64,000 nt of DNA from Octopus vulgaris (GCA_951406725.2 OX597815.1:115754001-115818000), one strand, 5' to 3'; numbered from the stretch's first letter, positions 1 to 13,664 are shown. Notes: generated by a model from the sequence alone, not told the origin. A program made the numbers and translations.

Positions 1-69
1 AAAATACTGGGGCCCGATGGTGTCAATTAAAGCCTTCCCTCAAAATGGTTATTGACATTTTGTTCATCT

Positions 70-212
70 TTACATTCTGAGCTGAAATTCCACCGAGGAT
101 GACTTTGCCCTTCATCATTTCAGGGTTGATAAAATAAGTACCAGTAAAACACTGGAGTTGATATAATCGACTTAAACCTCTCTGCTGGTCTTGTGCCAAA
201 ATTTGAAACCAT
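70..212 (+). mobile_element. tRNA-derived SINE fragment (Meta/MESC-like core)
   Basis: Contains gactttgcccttcatcatttcagggttgataaaataagtaccagt, the core shared with copies at ~39270, ~41030 and ~61750 (reverse). Confidence 0.7.
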
Positions 213-1075
213 TATATAAAGGACAGTGGAATAGTTAGTGTTGAATAAAATATTTCACAGTATTTAATAACAGTCATTTACATTCTAAGTTCAAATACTA
301 CTAAGGCTAAAATTGATATAATTGTTCCATCCCAACCCAATTTGTGGCCTTACGTATTTTTAAGAAATTATAATTATTACCAACACTATTACAGAGAAAG
401 GATGATCAGTTACAACCTGTTTTTGATCTTTCTTCAGTAAAGACATCAGACACCATGTGATGATATTTATCTAACATATGAGAATGGTAAAACATTTACT
501 TTTTTTGTTTCTTTCCTACTTTGAGTTAATAATTGATCATTTATTTCTTTTGATTTATGTCAATATGTTCTAAAAGCACACGGGTCCTCATCATTATAAT
601 TGTCACTATCCCATGTGACCTAACAGTGTTATCTTAAAAAGTAGATTGTTTCTAAAATAAATTCAAGGTACTATCATGAGAAGTGGGGGCAATCTAAAAT
701 AGATCAAACAGAAATCTCATGAGGAAAAGCTGAGTCATACTTCAATGGAAAGATATCCAGAATTATTATCTTATTTTACTATTTATAGACATACATTTAA
801 TATTTTTAAAATATTAAGTGAATTATATAAAAATGTCAGCATGGAAAACAGACATTAAAGGATGATGATGAATGTGTAGCTATTGGTGCTTTATTTCTTT
901 TAAACGGATGATTTATTGCAGAAAAATAATCCATCCAAAAAATTATATCTTGTTGTAAAATGCCTTTGTTAAAATTGATATGAATTACAGAACTGCTAGA
1001 GATTCACTTGAAAATCTGCCTCAACTTTCAGATTGAAGATAACCTTCTCTCAGTGTTCAGAGGGCCAAAACTCCC

Positions 1076-1287
1076 TTAAACTATTCAGCTTTTAAACTGG
1101 CCATATCCAACCCAAATATACTGCTTTATGTCCAAACTGGCCAGATCCAGTCTCTACACTTTATTCTAAAAATAAACAACCACATCATTGAAATCTCAAA
1201 GCTACGAGATAATGTATGATTAATTCAAACCAATGTGAATTGATAAGCAATACATTTGACAGAGTAATCTGAATGCTGATAGATTAA
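1076..1287. mobile_element. TTAA-flanked MITE (piggyBac-like), family A
   Basis: Bounded by TTAA at both ends. Its reverse complement matches 13665-13863 (cagattactctgtcaaatgta...). Confidence 0.6.
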
Positions 1288-1523
1288 ACAAACAGGCAAC
1301 CATTGGCGTAGGTGTTTTTCTAGCTATTTGAACCCACCAGCCATGTTGGGGCACTGCTGTTGTCAGTTATATTTACCTCACCATATTATACTGAACTTGG
1401 GTCATGTGATTAAGAAAATTTGCTTTGTAATAAGTTTACCTGAGGTTCAATACCACTGCCCTGCAGCGTTTCTTCTATCAAATCGTACCACATTTCATTC
1501 ACAAGAGTATGATGTTTTACATA

Positions 1524-1694
1524 GGCGTAGGAGTGGCTGTGTGGTAAGTAGCTTGCTTACGAACCACACGGTTTCGGGTTCAGTCCCACTGTGTAGCACC
1601 TTGGGCAAGTGTCTTCTACTATAGCCTCTGGCCGACCAAAGCCTTGTGAGTGAATTTGGTAGACGGAAACTGAAAAAAGACTGTTGTATATATG

Positions 1695-1725
<31 letters not shown>

Positions 1726-1950
1726 GTGTGTGTATATGTTTGTGTGTCTGTGTTTGTACACCCCAACATCACTTGACAACTGATGCTGGTGTGTTTACGT
1801 CCCTGTAACTTAGCAGTTCGGCAAAAGAGACCGACAGAATAAGTACTAAGCTTAGAAAGAATAAGTCCTAGGGTCGATTTGCTCGACTAAAGGCGGTGCT
1901 CCAGCATGGCCACAGCCAAATGACTGAAACAAGCAAGAGAGTAAAAGAGA
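1524..1950 (+). mobile_element. Full-length tRNA-derived SINE with internal (TA)n/(TG)n
   Basis: A-box-like tggctgtgtgg and B-box-like ggttcagtcc, then body, microsatellite and A-rich tail. Homologous heads occur at ~5902, ~6500 and ~39045, and reversed at ~3215-3330, ~37440-37535 and ~47640-47765. Confidence 0.8.
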
Positions 1951-2079
1951 ATTAATATTTTGATAAAATTCTATTTGACTGATCAATCTGTTTTACTCTA
2001 GTGAACAGGAGAATCAATTTTAAGATATTTCATAACATCACAAACATCATATCTTAAATGGTTTAATATCAACAAAAAC

Positions 2080-2340
2080 TGGGCGATATACCATACTTGA
2101 GAAGACCTGTCAAGTGAAGTAAGGTCATAGTTGTGGCTGACGCCAGTGTCACGTAACTGGCACCTGTGCTGATGGCATGTACAAGGCACCTACTACACTC
2201 TTGGAGTGGTTGGCATAAGGGAATCCAGCCATAGAAACCATGCTAAATCAGATTGGAACCTGGGGAAGTTCCTTGACTTACCTTTTCTTAGTCAAACCAT
2301 CCAACCCATGTTAACATGGAAAATGGACGTTAAATGATGA
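2080..2340 (+). mobile_element. 3' UTR/tail fragment of RTE-type LINE
   Basis: Matches the tail of the RTE copy at 42374-42994 and ends ...ggacgttaaatgatga. Confidence 0.7.
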
Positions 2341-2592
2341 CTGTTGGATTCACTTTTGTAATGGGCTACATTTTAAACTCGCACATACATGCATACTCTC
2401 TCTCTCTTCACACATTCATATTTCTTGATAATCTTTGAATCAGGAAAATCAATTATCTTTCACTCGATACAAGAGACAGTTATGAAAATAAAGTTCCACA
2501 ATACCAAAAGAATTAAACACGACATATAAAATTTGCTTTATGGAGTGGGGGGAGAAAGAAATCAAAGCTTTTTATATAATAAAGTGACTCAC

Positions 2593-2704
2593 TGTAGAAT
2601 GCCTCCAATAAGCAATAATGTCGTGGATATTCTGGCTTGGATGAAGAAGGAGATATTCACGCCATTCGTCCCAATCAATTTTTAAAGTGCCATCCTTGTC
2701 CATT
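2593..2704 (-). CDS. SLC25A25: SCaMC coding exon 4 (EF-hand 4 and linker)
   Basis: 112 nt. Acceptor tttctttaag, donor ACA|GTGAGT. Phase 2 matches exon 3: (R)[37 protein letters not shown], the classic SCaMC MD.DG...IDW.EWR and W.HST motifs. Confidence 0.96.
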
Positions 2705-3443
2705 CTTAAAGAAATAGGTAGAAAAGAAACATTGTAAAGCAATATTAATATATACCTGAAAACAAATGACAAATGCTGCTTAGATTAAAAAGAATATACA
2801 TTTAGAACTTATTTGAAGTTGCTATCCCATTCATCTATTTGCTTTATTTTTCATCATTGTCACTGTTTTAGGATCTATTTATACCATCTGCAGGAGTCCA
2901 AATAGAGTATGTCTGGTTGGATTTTTCTACAACTGGATGCCCTTTCTGATGCCAACCCCCGCCAATTTCCAAATAAGGGAATAATCTCCCAGTCTATTGA
3001 ACAACAAATAGCCCAGATATGCTTACATGGAGATCAGGAAATAAATTACATGAAAATTGTTTTGTTTACAAAGATTACACATGTCAAGAAGACTGTACAT
3101 GCTTTCATAGTGGACTGCAAACAAATGACATTTGTGAAACCACTGTTTACAAACCAGCATGTAAAGCACATATGGAGATGAGGGAAATACACAATCACTC
3201 ATACATATACACATGATGGGTTCCTTTCAGTTTTGTCTATGAAATACACTCACAGAGCTTTGGTCAACCCAACATTTGTTCAAAGTGCAGGGAAACTGAA
3301 CCTGAAACTATGTGGTTGAGAAATAAGCTTCTTTGGCATGGTTTCTATGGCTTGATCCCCTTCCTAATGGCAACCATTTTATAGGATGGACTGAATGCAT
3401 ATTTCATTGCACCAATACTAGTGGGGTCACTGTGTAGCTTGGG

Positions 3444-4180
3444 GTGATGAAAAGTCAAAATTTGAAGAAAGGAGCCAGGACAGTTTCTTGCTGTATAGGA
3501 GACATATTGCTGGGCAGGAGTAATTCCAGCAGAGCTAGAAAGAGAGATAAAGATGGCAGTGACAAGGGGTCAAGGGAGCCCTCAAGGTATAAGAAGCTAA
3601 ATAGGAGTGGAACAGGACAGGAAAAGTGGATGGGTAGAGGTTGCAAGATTGTATGAGGAGAAAGTAAGTGAAGATTAGTAACAAGCAAAGATGGAGGAGG
3701 AATGAATATAATGAATGATGAACAAGGGTGGCAGGATGGTTGATAATAAAGGAGTGGGAGAGAGTAGCTGATGGCTGAATAATGGTGGAATATGGATTGG
3801 AGAGTGATTGATGGTATATGAGTTTGAAGGAAGGTATGAGAGGTGATTGTCAGTAAAGAAAGGAGTGGAGAGCAGCAGAACAGTAATAATAATATAGTAG
3901 ACAAGAATGAGAGGCAGATGAAGTACAGAGGGTGGGAAAGAGAGAGAGATGTACAGTGAGTGTGTAAAATGTGAATGGAGAATGGATTTTAAGTGAAGTT
4001 ATTCCTGGAAGTGAGAAAGATGTAATTCTGTTCTCAGTTACAACAGCAGTATACTGCAGTTATGCTAGTGATGGAGGGATCAGTGATAGGGGGTGAGAAG
4101 GTAGGAAGGAAGGATTCACAAGCAAATTGGACACAATTTCCAGAACTTCAGCTTCTCTGAAATGGGTGGGTCTCCTCAGA
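3444..4180. repeat. Purine-rich low-complexity interspersed segment next to the RTE fragment
   Basis: Strong G/A bias on the + strand. The overlapping ORFs are compositionally biased and show no domain. Confidence 0.35.
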
Positions 4181-4189
4181 GGCATCTCA

Positions 4190-5345
4190 GACCATTGTCA
4201 TTTCCTCTTTGTCCCATGTCTTTCTGGATTTCCCTCTTTCACAAGTAATCAGCACTTGTTTATACAGCTATCTTCATCAATATGAATCACATGTCCATAC
4301 CAGCACAGTCTTCTCTCTTGCACACCACATATGATTCTTCTTATGCCCAACTTTCTCTCATCATATTTGCACTTTGTTGTACACCCACACACACCAATGT
4401 TGCACATCCAAAAGAGTATACAAGCTCCATGTCTTTCTAGTTTCTGCATATCCCCTACTTTCAGGGTTCATGTCTCACTACCATGTATTAATGATGTTCA
4501 TACACAAGCATCATACAATCTGCCTTTCACTCTGAGAGAAAGTCCTTTTTGTTACAAACAGAGGTAATAGCTCTCTGAGCTTTTCCCACCCTGTTCTTAT
4601 TCTACAAAGTATACTTTTGAGAACATCCTCCATTGCAAATTTAGCAATACCTAGGTAACAGAAAGTACCTACTATTTCCAAGGATCCTCCTGGGTATTCA
4701 CGAAAATCTATTTCCCATGTATTATTAGTGCTTATTGTTCCTGTATATCTGCCACATACAAAGTCTACTTTCTCTATGAACCTGCCTATGATGTTACTGC
4801 ACCCGTTATGTTTCCATTTTGCATCAAGTACAATGTGTGGAATTTCTAGATACTTTCTTTCTACAAACTGAACAAAGCCATTTCCCTGATAGACGCAGAC
4901 TCTTGCTTGTTTCCCCACTAACTAAAACTTTGTTATTTGCTAAATTAACTTTGAAACCCTTTGATTCCAGGTTTTGCTTCCAAATATGGAATTTTATTTT
5001 CTAATTCTATGGGAGATTCAGCTATAAGAACAAGGTCATCAGTATCCATGGGCAACTGGTCTTATACCCCTCTGTTATGATATGGAAACCTAAGCTAAGG
5101 ATCAAGCCCTGATGAATTTACTTGGACACTAAATTCCTCAGTCCTTGTTAACACTCGCCTTACTGATAGTGCCTCTGTACATGGCTCTCACAAGCCATTT
5201 GTCTAACCCTAGCATCATGAGCAACTACTAGATCACACAGTGAAGGGTCCTGTTGAAGGCTTTCTCCAGAATGACAAATGCTAAGTACAACATCTTCCTT
5301 TCAGCTAAGTACTTCTGCAATTATCTCACCAGGAAAACAGTATCT
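4190..5345 (-). mobile_element. Degenerate 5'-truncated RTE-clade LINE (reverse transcriptase and C-terminus)
   Basis: Minus-strand peptides LYLAFVILEKAF (AFVDLEKAFD motif), decayed YADDLVL near 5030, LEIVGTFCYLG, RIRTGWEKLRELLPL and RRLCWYGHV, broken by stops and frameshifts. Confidence 0.9.
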
Positions 5346-5584
5346 AGGCTAATTCTAACACACACACACATACTCTCTAATTAATTACGTGAGCTACAAC
5401 TTTCTGCAACTTTCATGAACAGGTTCAGTAATTTGATACCTCTATAATTTCCTCTAAGACATCTTTCCTCTTGTAACAGTTGACTGTGATGCTGCTATAC
5501 TAGTCTTTGGGTATGAACCTTCTTGGGCACAACTTAACTGATGTGTGTACATATACATACATACACAGTATGTGTGTATGTGTG

Positions 5585-5628
<44 letters not shown>

Positions 5629-5631
5629 TAT

Positions 5632-5793
5632 ACACAGTATCTGTGTATATGTATATAGTTTACAGTTGCACTAAGGGTAAGATCAGTAAACAAAGTACTC
5701 CATCTAATGAGATAAATATCATTTAATGTACACAGTATAAAGATATGAGCTACTACTATTAATAACTTGTATCTATACAGTGTACCTTAAATG

Positions 5794-5840
<47 letters not shown>

Positions 5841-6211
5841 GTATGCACATACACACATAGATACACACACACTCACTTGTACATACACATATGCAACACA
5901 TAGGCATGGCTATATGGTTAAAAAGTTCAACTTGCAACCAACTGGTTTTGGGTTCAGTAACACTGTGCAGCACCTGAGAAAAGTGTCTCTTATTTTAGAC
6001 TCATGCTGACCAAAGGCCTGTAAGTGGATTCGATAGATAAAAACTGAAAGAAGCTACAAGTGGAGGTGGTGATGTTGACATTACTCCTGCCAACAAATAA
6101 TCCACCAACTTAGTACTTTTGAAAATGTGTGGAATAAAGGATTCAATACTTGAGTGTCTGTTGTGTCTATTGTCCCTGTGCATCTGCCGCACATGAAAGC
6201 TATCTTATCTG

Positions 6212-6249
<38 letters not shown>

Positions 6250-6405
6250 TATCTGTGTATATGTATATAGTTTACAGTTGCACTAAGGGTAAGATCAGTA
6301 AACAAAGTACTCCATCTAATGAGATAAATATCATTTAATGTACACAGTATAAAGATATGAGCTACTACTATTAATAACTTGTATCTATACAGTGTACCTT
6401 AAATG

Positions 6406-6445
<40 letters not shown>

Positions 6446-6750
6446 TGCACATACATAGATACACACACACTCACTTGTACATACACATATGCAACACATA
6501 GGCATGGCCATATGGTTAAAAAGTTCAACTTGCAACCAACTGGTTTTGGGTTCAGTAACACTGTGCAGCACCTGAGAAAAGTGTCTCTTATTTTAGACTC
6601 ATGCTGACCAAAGGCCTGTAAGTGGATTCGATAGATAAAAACTGAAAGAAGCTACAAGTGGAGGTGGTGATGTTGACATTACCCCTGCCAACAAATAATC
6701 CACCGACTTAGTACTTTTGAAAATGTGTGGAATAAGGGATTCAATACTTG
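5632..6750 (+). repeat. Near-identical direct duplication of ~520 bp (5632-6151 and 6244-6750)
   Basis: The two copies differ by a handful of substitutions and by microsatellite length. Each is preceded by (TA)n. Confidence 0.95.
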
Positions 6751-7198
6751 AAAAACAAGTAAGAATTATACACAGGAAGGATGTCTGAATGTAAAGCAAT
6801 GCCTCAATAATGTATTCATCTAATTCATGCTAGAATAGAAAAATGGACATGAATAAAATGTATGTATATATGCACACAAGAAAGTGTGTGTGCAAGTGCT
6901 CATGTGCATGAATGTATGCATCCTTTGCTTCACATGAAAAATTGACATATTTTTGTCAACAGATTATCTGGTAATACTGATTTTTGAAGACAGGAGGAGT
7001 GAAAACTACCTTGGTTGATAAACAGGATGGGTTAGTGACAGGAAATGTACCCAGCTGCAAAACAATGCCACACTAATATGTAGCTGTCTAATCCATACTA
7101 ACATATGAAGACATGTGACACCAAAACAAATGTGTGTGTGTGTATGTGTCTATGTCCAACCCATGCTAGCATGGAAAACATACGATAAACGATGATGA

Positions 7199-7232
<34 letters not shown>

Positions 7233-7924
7233 GGGTGTAAAGTGGTTGGTGTTTATAAGACAACCAGCTATCCAGACATTAGCATTCAACACAGTCATCT
7301 GGCTTGTCAGATCCTGTTGAACCATCTGGCATGGAAGCCAGACTTGAAATAATAATGATAATGATGGTGGTGATGAGCGCATGCTTCTACACCTCCACAT
7401 AGTTTATAAGCAAGTGACATTATTTGTCATAATGAAATTAATAGGGTATAAAAAATTCATTGTTATGCATGACAGAAGTATGCTGAAAGATTCTCTCATA
7501 AATTGTATCTATTACTTTAGATTGCATTCAGTTTTATTAATTGCGACTCATTGCATCTATTTGAGTTGAATATTGAATTTTAAAAAAAAGATAGGATGGC
7601 AACAGCTGGAAAACTCATTCTAGCTAAAGTGAAAAATTTCTGACAGGATGACAGCAGTTGGAATGCTTTCATTCTCACAAATGTTTCATAAATTGATCAT
7701 TTCTGATTCCATGTTGAGGTGACCACTGAGATTTACATATTTTTAGCATATATGCAAAGAACAAATGATGATGTTCTGGAAACTGGGTTTTTTAAAATCT
7801 TTTTTTGCTGCTGATCTCCATTAGTTGATCTAATCGACTGGCCCTCTCCCCAAAAATTTCAGGCCTTGTGTCTAGAGTAGAAAAAAATATTCTATATTTC
7901 TGAGTTTACATGAATGATGCGTTT

Positions 7925-8066
7925 ACATGCGTTAGGAAGGGCATCCAGCTGTAGAAACACTGCCAGATCAGACTGGAGCCTGGTGCAGCCTCCTGGCTTC
8001 CCAGACCCCAGTCGAACAGTCCAATCCGTGCTAGCACGGAAAATGGACGTTAAACGATGATGATGT
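7925..8066 (+). mobile_element. RTE-tail fragment ending in (GAT)n
   Basis: ggaagggcatccagctgtagaaac...aaatggacgttaaacgatgatgatg matches the RTE 3' end at 42860-42994. Confidence 0.75.
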
Positions 8067-8110
8067 CTTAAATAGAAAATTAGTGTCATGGAAAGCAACG
8101 AAAGAGTTCT

Positions 8111-8611
8111 TAATCTGAAATATCATAACTAATTTTCCAGGTTCTAGTATAGCTAGTTCATCTTGGTAGTGGATATTTATTACTACTAGGCCTAGTCATG
8201 GTTTGTATCTATGGTAGTGGTATTTCATTGTTTACATGGGCAAAATAATCTGAAATATCATAACTAATTTTCCAGGTTCTAGTATAGCTAGTTCATCTTG
8301 GTAGTGGATATTTATTACTACTAGGCCTAGTCATGGTTTGTATCTATGGTGGTGGTATTTCATTGTTTACATGGGCAAAATAATCTGAAATATCATAACT
8401 AATTTTCCAGGTTCTAGTATAGCTAGTTTATCTTGGTAGTGGATATTTATTACTACTAGGCCTAGTCATGGTTTGTATCTATGGTGGTGGTATTTCATTG
8501 TTTACATGGGCAAAATAATCTGAAATATCATAACTAATTTTCCAGGTTCTAGTATAGCTAGTTCATCTTGGTAGTGGATATTTATTACTACTAGGCCTAG
8601 TCATGGTTTGT
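8111..8611. repeat. Minisatellite, 135-bp unit x ~3.7
   Basis: Units start at 8111, 8246, 8381 and 8516 (taatctgaaatatcataact...) and are almost identical. Confidence 0.97.
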
Positions 8612-11600
8612 GCTCAATATACCTACCTACAGATATTCCTACCTACAGATATTCAGATAATATTACTTGAAACACTGGCCTTTTATCCACAAGTTAATCA
8701 TCATTTCCTATTCAGTTAAGAAGTTAAACAGTTGCAAACTATTATCTTTAGGAGTCCCTAGATCTGCTGAAGACTTTTACCATTAAAACAAGCAACATAT
8801 AAAATGATAATTCAAAATAGCACATAGTTATACTAAAAGCTAAGTACTATGATATTGCAATCCTCTCTCTCAAACAAAAATTTCTATTTTGTGTTAGAGA
8901 TGAACACAAAACCGAAAGGAAAAACAAACCCCACTAGAGTTCAAAAATATTAATGAAATTCTGCATCAGCAAATATCACATTAGAATGCATAAATAAAAT
9001 AAGCTGGTTTAGATTCAAGAGAATTGCAATGTTTCAAACAATGCTTGTTGTTGATGAGTGTTTCTGTTTTGATAAATGGCACTTCCTGAAGCAATAACAT
9101 TCTCTTCTTCATTTTTTTTAATTATCTTCACAAATTGAACTAGAAAATATTTTAATAAATTGCACAAGTGAAAACACTGAAAATAAACAAATACAATATT
9201 TAAAATCATCGTATATCCACCCCCACCCCCCAAAAAAAGAAAAGGGTAAGAATTCATTGTTTTACATAGTGAGAAGAAAATATTTCATGAGAGTAAGGTA
9301 AAAAAAAAAAAGGGAGGAACCTCAATCAAAATATGCAAAAACACACAAAGAATGAAATTATCATAATTGTAGATTTCACTAGCCACCTTGACAGGTAACT
9401 TCTGACGCAATTGCAAAATTTGGATTGTCTAACATCTGATAAGATAGAAATCAGACATTAACAGAATAGAGAAAGAGCAACCGAGTTATTTTTATTTTAA
9501 TTGAAATAGTACAGTAACTAAAGAGTAATATCAAGTATGAAAACTAAAAATCAATTTGTTAATAAGAAAATACCTTATACAGTAATGAATTACATGGTTA
9601 AATCTGAAACCAAACCTATAATTTAGATAAACTGAAACTGGCCAAGAACAAATTCAGGATTTGGTATTTACAATCTTGATAGTCTTTTATAGGTACAAGG
9701 TGACCTCCTCAATGAAGTAGAGTCAAGATAGGAAATCAATAACACAATTCTTTTTGCTAAAATAACCATCTTTGGTTCTAATGGGGGGGGGGGTAAAAAC
9801 AAAAGTGGGAGGACTGAAATTCTGATTCAGACTACTCTAAGACCGTATACTTACAAAGAAAAAGAAACAAACATCTGTTTCTGAAGGTTGGCCTCTGTTT
9901 AGAAGAAAGAAATAAGTAGAAACCGATAAAGTAGACTGCATAGCTAATCAGTACACAAAAGATGTAATAAGATTTCGCTTTTCAATTGTGCTGTGGTCAC
10001 TTTGGGTTGCACCTGACAGTATTAGCACCCACTGTCTACAATTAGTCTAGGACCAATGATAATGTCTAAATGAAGTGAAAGAAGAAAGAATGGAGAAAAC
10101 TGTTAAATGATAATCATGATAGATTTGATAAACTGATGATTATGAATAATGATGACAGAGTTGAGAACCTGCTGAAACAATGATATTGGTGACAATAATA
10201 TAGAGAATAAAGATGCCGATTATCAAGGCTCAATTTTTTAATATTTTATAAGATCTCAAACAATAATAGCAAAATAAGCTTAAAACTATACAGGCATTAG
10301 TGCAATGTTCTAGTAATTGAAGGCGAAATCTTAAAATATGTATTACTTTGCACAAATTTATTAGCTCCTTTTCATTAGAAAGATAAAATTTGGAAGTAGC
10401 TTCCACTAATGGAGCATCTGGAAATTTGTATTATTCAATGAAGAATATAACTGTTAGTACATGCTAAACACTAAAATTGGTAATATAAAAGCAGGTGTAG
10501 TAATCAAGATATTTTTGCAAGAAGAAATTAATTAAATGTGTACTGACAAATACCTAATAAATAGACAATGGATTAACTACATCTAGCAAAAATTAAAATC
10601 ATCACATGGTTAAGATAAGGTAAAATAATTCAAAACCTTATAAAGCTAAATCAATTGATGTTTTCTATATTGGTTCCTGAGAATAAGCACTAATCTTCAG
10701 TTCACATTCTGCACTATACAGAAACTTGCTTATAAACACAACCTACTTCAAAATTTTAAACTGTTTTATTACAAACTTCTTTTTTTCTTTCTTTTGGTAA
10801 TACTTCACTCATGATTATGAGCCATTCTCAATAAGGTGAACTGAAGTTATTCTTTATTGTTTATAGTTTAACTGGGCATAACCAAACAGGCCACTCTTCC
10901 ATTCATACTTTGTATATGTATCTGAGTGATTGCAAAGTCATGCTGAGTTACTGCCATCAAACTTTTCTTTTTTGAGTTCATGCTATTTCTACAAGCATTT
11001 CTTTGATTAATGATGATGAGCATTTCAGTGAGAGCATACACTAGTGTATGTTATGGAAATGCAGCATAATGGGACTTATGAACCTACTTCAATCTCTAAG
11101 AACTAATTAACTTACACAAGTAAGATCAGCCAGTCAAAAGTTTGGATTAAAAGGTGTTTCACCAGTTTGACAGCTTATTTGCACATCACATGAAAACCTT
11201 TGTCTTCATGTGATGTGCAAATAACTCAATGACAAATGAGACAGTTTATTACATAGTTACCACATGTGTGTGTGTGCATGTATAAATGTAAGTGCATAAT
11301 TGTAACATATGTGGCAAAATACAAGCAACTGTGAAAAACTAAATGAAAAAATAATTTTGACAATAGTATTTCAATGAAATTTTGGATTAGTAGTTCAGAG
11401 ATCAATAACATAACCTGAAGGGTAACTAGCATTTTTTTTTTTAAGCAACATTATATTATTGATGACCTATAGTAATTTTTTTTATACATAAATTCTGAAA
11501 AATAAGGGCAGTGTCCAAAGCTTTTTGAGTCATCTTAGCCAGGTGGAAGAAGTGAATTTCAGCAGACTGAACACTGTTATAAAAATTCAACATTGTTGAT

Positions 11601-13664
11601 AGTTAAGGGGTGAGCTAGCTTTTTTGTTGGTGCATGGGGAAACAAAAACAGATCCAGAGTGAATGTGATAGTGACTGTCCAGCATGTTTATATATAGGTG
11701 CACAGTCTCAAATATACGAACATTTCTGAACTTGAAAAGTAAACTAAGACTCACTGGTGTAATCTTGATTATGTAACATTCAAATTTGTAAGGAATGGGA
11801 TGGTTGTTCTGATGCTGTTGTGTAGGTGATGAAGGAATAAAAGGTTAACCTCTCCAAATGGTCAGTTCATATACATATAAAAGAAAATCCATATAAATTG
11901 CATCACAAGTCTGAAGGAAATCCTATTAAGAGTTATACAAACCACATTGTCTCACTAATCTATATGATCAATTAGTTGTTTCTATCACTAATTGAACTAA
12001 ATGGGAGTAAAGGTGGGGGTGGCAATAGGAGCAAATACATAAAAAAAAATTTCAATCAATAATTACAAACAAAAACGCTAAAAGAAATACTGACACCAGC
12101 TAGCACTAATCTAATCATACTTGATATTAGGTTAATCTAAACATAAATCTACTTACGATTGTATTGGAAAAAGTGAAGAGCTAGCATGGATTACACAGTT
12201 AAAAATTGAATATAAAAACATCACTACCTAAAATTGTGTTAAAAGATTACATAAAAATATAACTTGGGCTTTGTTCAAAGTACAAACCCACTCTCAGTTC
12301 ATTACTTAATTGGAAGAAATATTTAAAATAACCTTACATTACTCAAAAAGAAACTGCACTATAATTCTTCAATGGAACATGGCAATCTAATTTCTTTTAC
12401 AGCACACAAACAGTACAAGAAGCACGAGAAACAACTTGTACTCCACTCTTTCTACTCATGGACATGCAACTAAAATTTTCATAGTCTTTGCAAGTGTTAG
12501 TCATCACTGAGGGTAAACCTTACATATCTAACATTCCCAAAACTGCTTCCCAAAGACTAAGCTTGCTTGCTGAAGTCATAAAATATTTTAGTGACCATAC
12601 CTTTACAAAGCTCAAGTAAAATTTACATTGGAATACAGTTCACATGTATGGGACAGTGGTGGTGGTGGTGGTTGCACTGCTGCTACATATAACAAAGTCT
12701 AGACTGCATTTAAAAAAGGCTATTCAACTGGCTGGCAAACATTCACTTACCAACATACATCAAACACAGTCACCGACATGCTTTTTCTTTTAGCTGACTC
12801 TTCAACCAATCAACATTTCAATAGCCTCTGCTTCTCTGAAGTAAATAACTGCATACCCTGTTTGCTCTTCCTTCTTTTACCCCTACAGTATAACAGCATT
12901 TAGATCTTGCACAGAATATTTCAACCAATCCTTCTTCCTCAAAACTAGTCTGTTGCTACTCCCTCACCAGAAACATTTTTCTTGTAGACATTGACTTATA
13001 AGTATACAAACTACAGATCAACTAAATCAACATTTCAATCTGGGAGGATTTGCTAAATCAAAAAGTCTGCCCTTCCCCCTTCAATTTATAGTTTACCCAG
13101 TGTATGAGATGTTAAATAGAGCTCAAATATGTATTTTTCAAAGAAAGCAAGGTTTCATATTTTTCATAGTAATCATTAATAAAAAAAAAAAAACCTGAGC
13201 CTCCTAGCTTCTATAATTTCTGACATACGCTCTAACAAATATTCAAGCAAGTCAAAAACTAGCACCTATTTTTTTCTATATTTGGATAGAGTAGTTAATG
13301 ATGGTCAGATTAAAATTTATCTGTTAAAAGACAAAAAATATTAGTTTAAAATATTTTACATGCTCATAAAGCAAAACAAAATTTGAATACAAAAATGCAG
13401 GGCTAAAACTGGCAGTGGACTTAAAGAATTTAATATACAAAGGACAATCTATCAAAGTCCTCGTCATTTCTTTTTTCTTCATTAAGGCTTGAACCATTTC
13501 ATGTTATCTCTTAAAATTTGCTCATTTCACTAGAAATAGCTGCCAAAAATCATTAAATCACACACACAATTGTCTTAATGAAGTAGTGAAATATGTTGTT
13601 GCTTAATCCAAACAACTGTACAGAAGTGAGAAACTTGGAATACTGTTACAGTTAACCATTAGTT

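Noticed and set aside
1328-1779. ORFs with YIYI/HTHT runs (also ~5454-6009, 30539, 47457)
   Set aside because: Translations of (TA)n and (CA)n microsatellites and SINE bodies.
3455-3904. 149-aa Leu/Ser-rich ORF, the longest in the track
   Set aside because: A product of pyrimidine-rich low-complexity sequence with a non-ATG start and no domain.
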